The notes under the pieces were generated by a model, which saw nothing but the letters and a program-made list of their open reading frames with translations, ran no database searches and was not told the origin of the DNA. Shown piece by piece: positions 63,040-64,000 of a stretch of DNA of 64,000 bases (positions within the stretch are counted from its first letter, which is position 1; every line of letters begins with the position of its first letter). Position numbers and translations under genes: made by a program. Source of the DNA: Macrostomum hystrix (Eukaryota > Animalia > Platyhelminthes); assembly GCA_950097015.1 (NCBI GenBank), contig CATNEN010000031.1, forward strand, positions 2,294,001 to 2,358,000. The letters run 5' to 3'.

Positions 63040-63290
63040 AAAACATCTGTCTCATCAGGAGAGATCTCCTGTGTCTCATCTCTCTCGTGTCTCATCTCTC
63101 TCGTGTCTCATCTCTCCAGACTCTCATCTCTCCAATGTCTCATCTCTCCCGTGTCTCATCTCTCCCGTGTCTCATCTCTCACGTGTCTCATCTCTCCCGT
63201 GTCTCATCTCTTTCCAATCGCATCTCTGCAAGTCTAATCTCTCCTATCTCATCTCTCCACCCATCTGTCATCTCTCCACTGTCTCATTGC
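63040..63290. repeat. 16-18-bp CT-rich degenerate repeat
   Basis: gtgtctcatctctccc variants. Confidence 0.85.
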
Positions 63291-64000
63291 CAGCCTCTGC
63301 GAAAAAAAAGTATTAGAAAATTTCTAGATAAAATGTACAGTGACATCAGCTGTCAAAATCAGATCCAAACTTAGAATATTAATTTGAAATTTTACAAGTT
63401 TTATCCCACACTAGTTACTTTAAAATGCAAACTAACTACTATGGCAGTAGTATAAAGCAGATTTTCCTAAGATGTCATTAAAATCCCCAAGGTTAAAAAA
63501 TGTATCAAACTCGATAAAATACTATTTAAAGTACTCGTATCTCACAGCCAAGGAAACTGGATGCAATATTCAAGTTAATGCCATCCAATTCATAGCTGCT
63601 TTAATGTGTTCGGAAACAATAAAATGCCCATGTGCCTACTACAATGAGCCCATGTGCTATGATAGTCTGGAGCCCTGTATCCAAGTGCCATATGAGGGAT
63701 AAGCCTCTCTATCTATTTTAGTGGAGAATTGAGGAGTTTACCGTTTATATAGCACTTTTATGGCCCTGCCCAGCTGCCATAAGCTCAAGCTCCAACTCCG
63801 TCTGTCTGTCTGTCTGTCTCTCACGCCAGTGCTAACGAGAGCCCAATATAATTAGAGATGAAGAGATATCATTGGGTTGAGCGTGAGTGTTAGCCACTGG
63901 CCTGCGGGCGCGATGAAGGCAATTAGTTTTATGGGGCCATCAAACTGGGCCTGAAGCAGCACCGTAAACTAGCCGCATCCACCTCACACCAGCCTCCCTT

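Overview
Eukaryotic (metazoan) genomic DNA, not prokaryotic. It has spliceosomal GT-AG genes, GC-rich exons, AT-rich spacers and an unusually dense set of unrelated minisatellite arrays (roughly 30 arrays, units 12-64 bp). The style (intron-poor genes, CAG-rich coding, minisatellite-filled introns, acceptor AGs just before start codons) suggests a free-living flatworm such as Macrostomum; that is inference only. Genes rebuilt by hand with phase-consistent splice sites: PABPC (5' part, -), an intronless Cys-loop anion channel (+), a 4-exon secreted WAP-domain protein (+), mitochondrial aspartate aminotransferase GOT2 (-), CPSF3/CPSF73 (+), DESI2/PPPDE1 (+), an intronless DUF1294 membrane protein (+), and a p75NTR/NGFR-like TNF receptor with 4 CRDs, IPVYC TM and death domain (-). 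Mobile DNA: a tRNA-derived SINE family (one full copy with TSD plus fragments), a decayed RTE-type LINE RT, a Mutator-like element with 9-bp TSD and a hAT-type MITE with 8-bp TSD. Best leads: two paralogous 173-nt H/ACA-like RNAs in a PABPC intron, the p75NTR orthologue, the WAP-containing secreted precursor, the DUF1294 gene, a possible trans-spliced CPSF3-DESI2 operon, and a minisatellite arising from inside a LINE RT. No CRISPR, rRNA or bona fide tRNA gene is supported.
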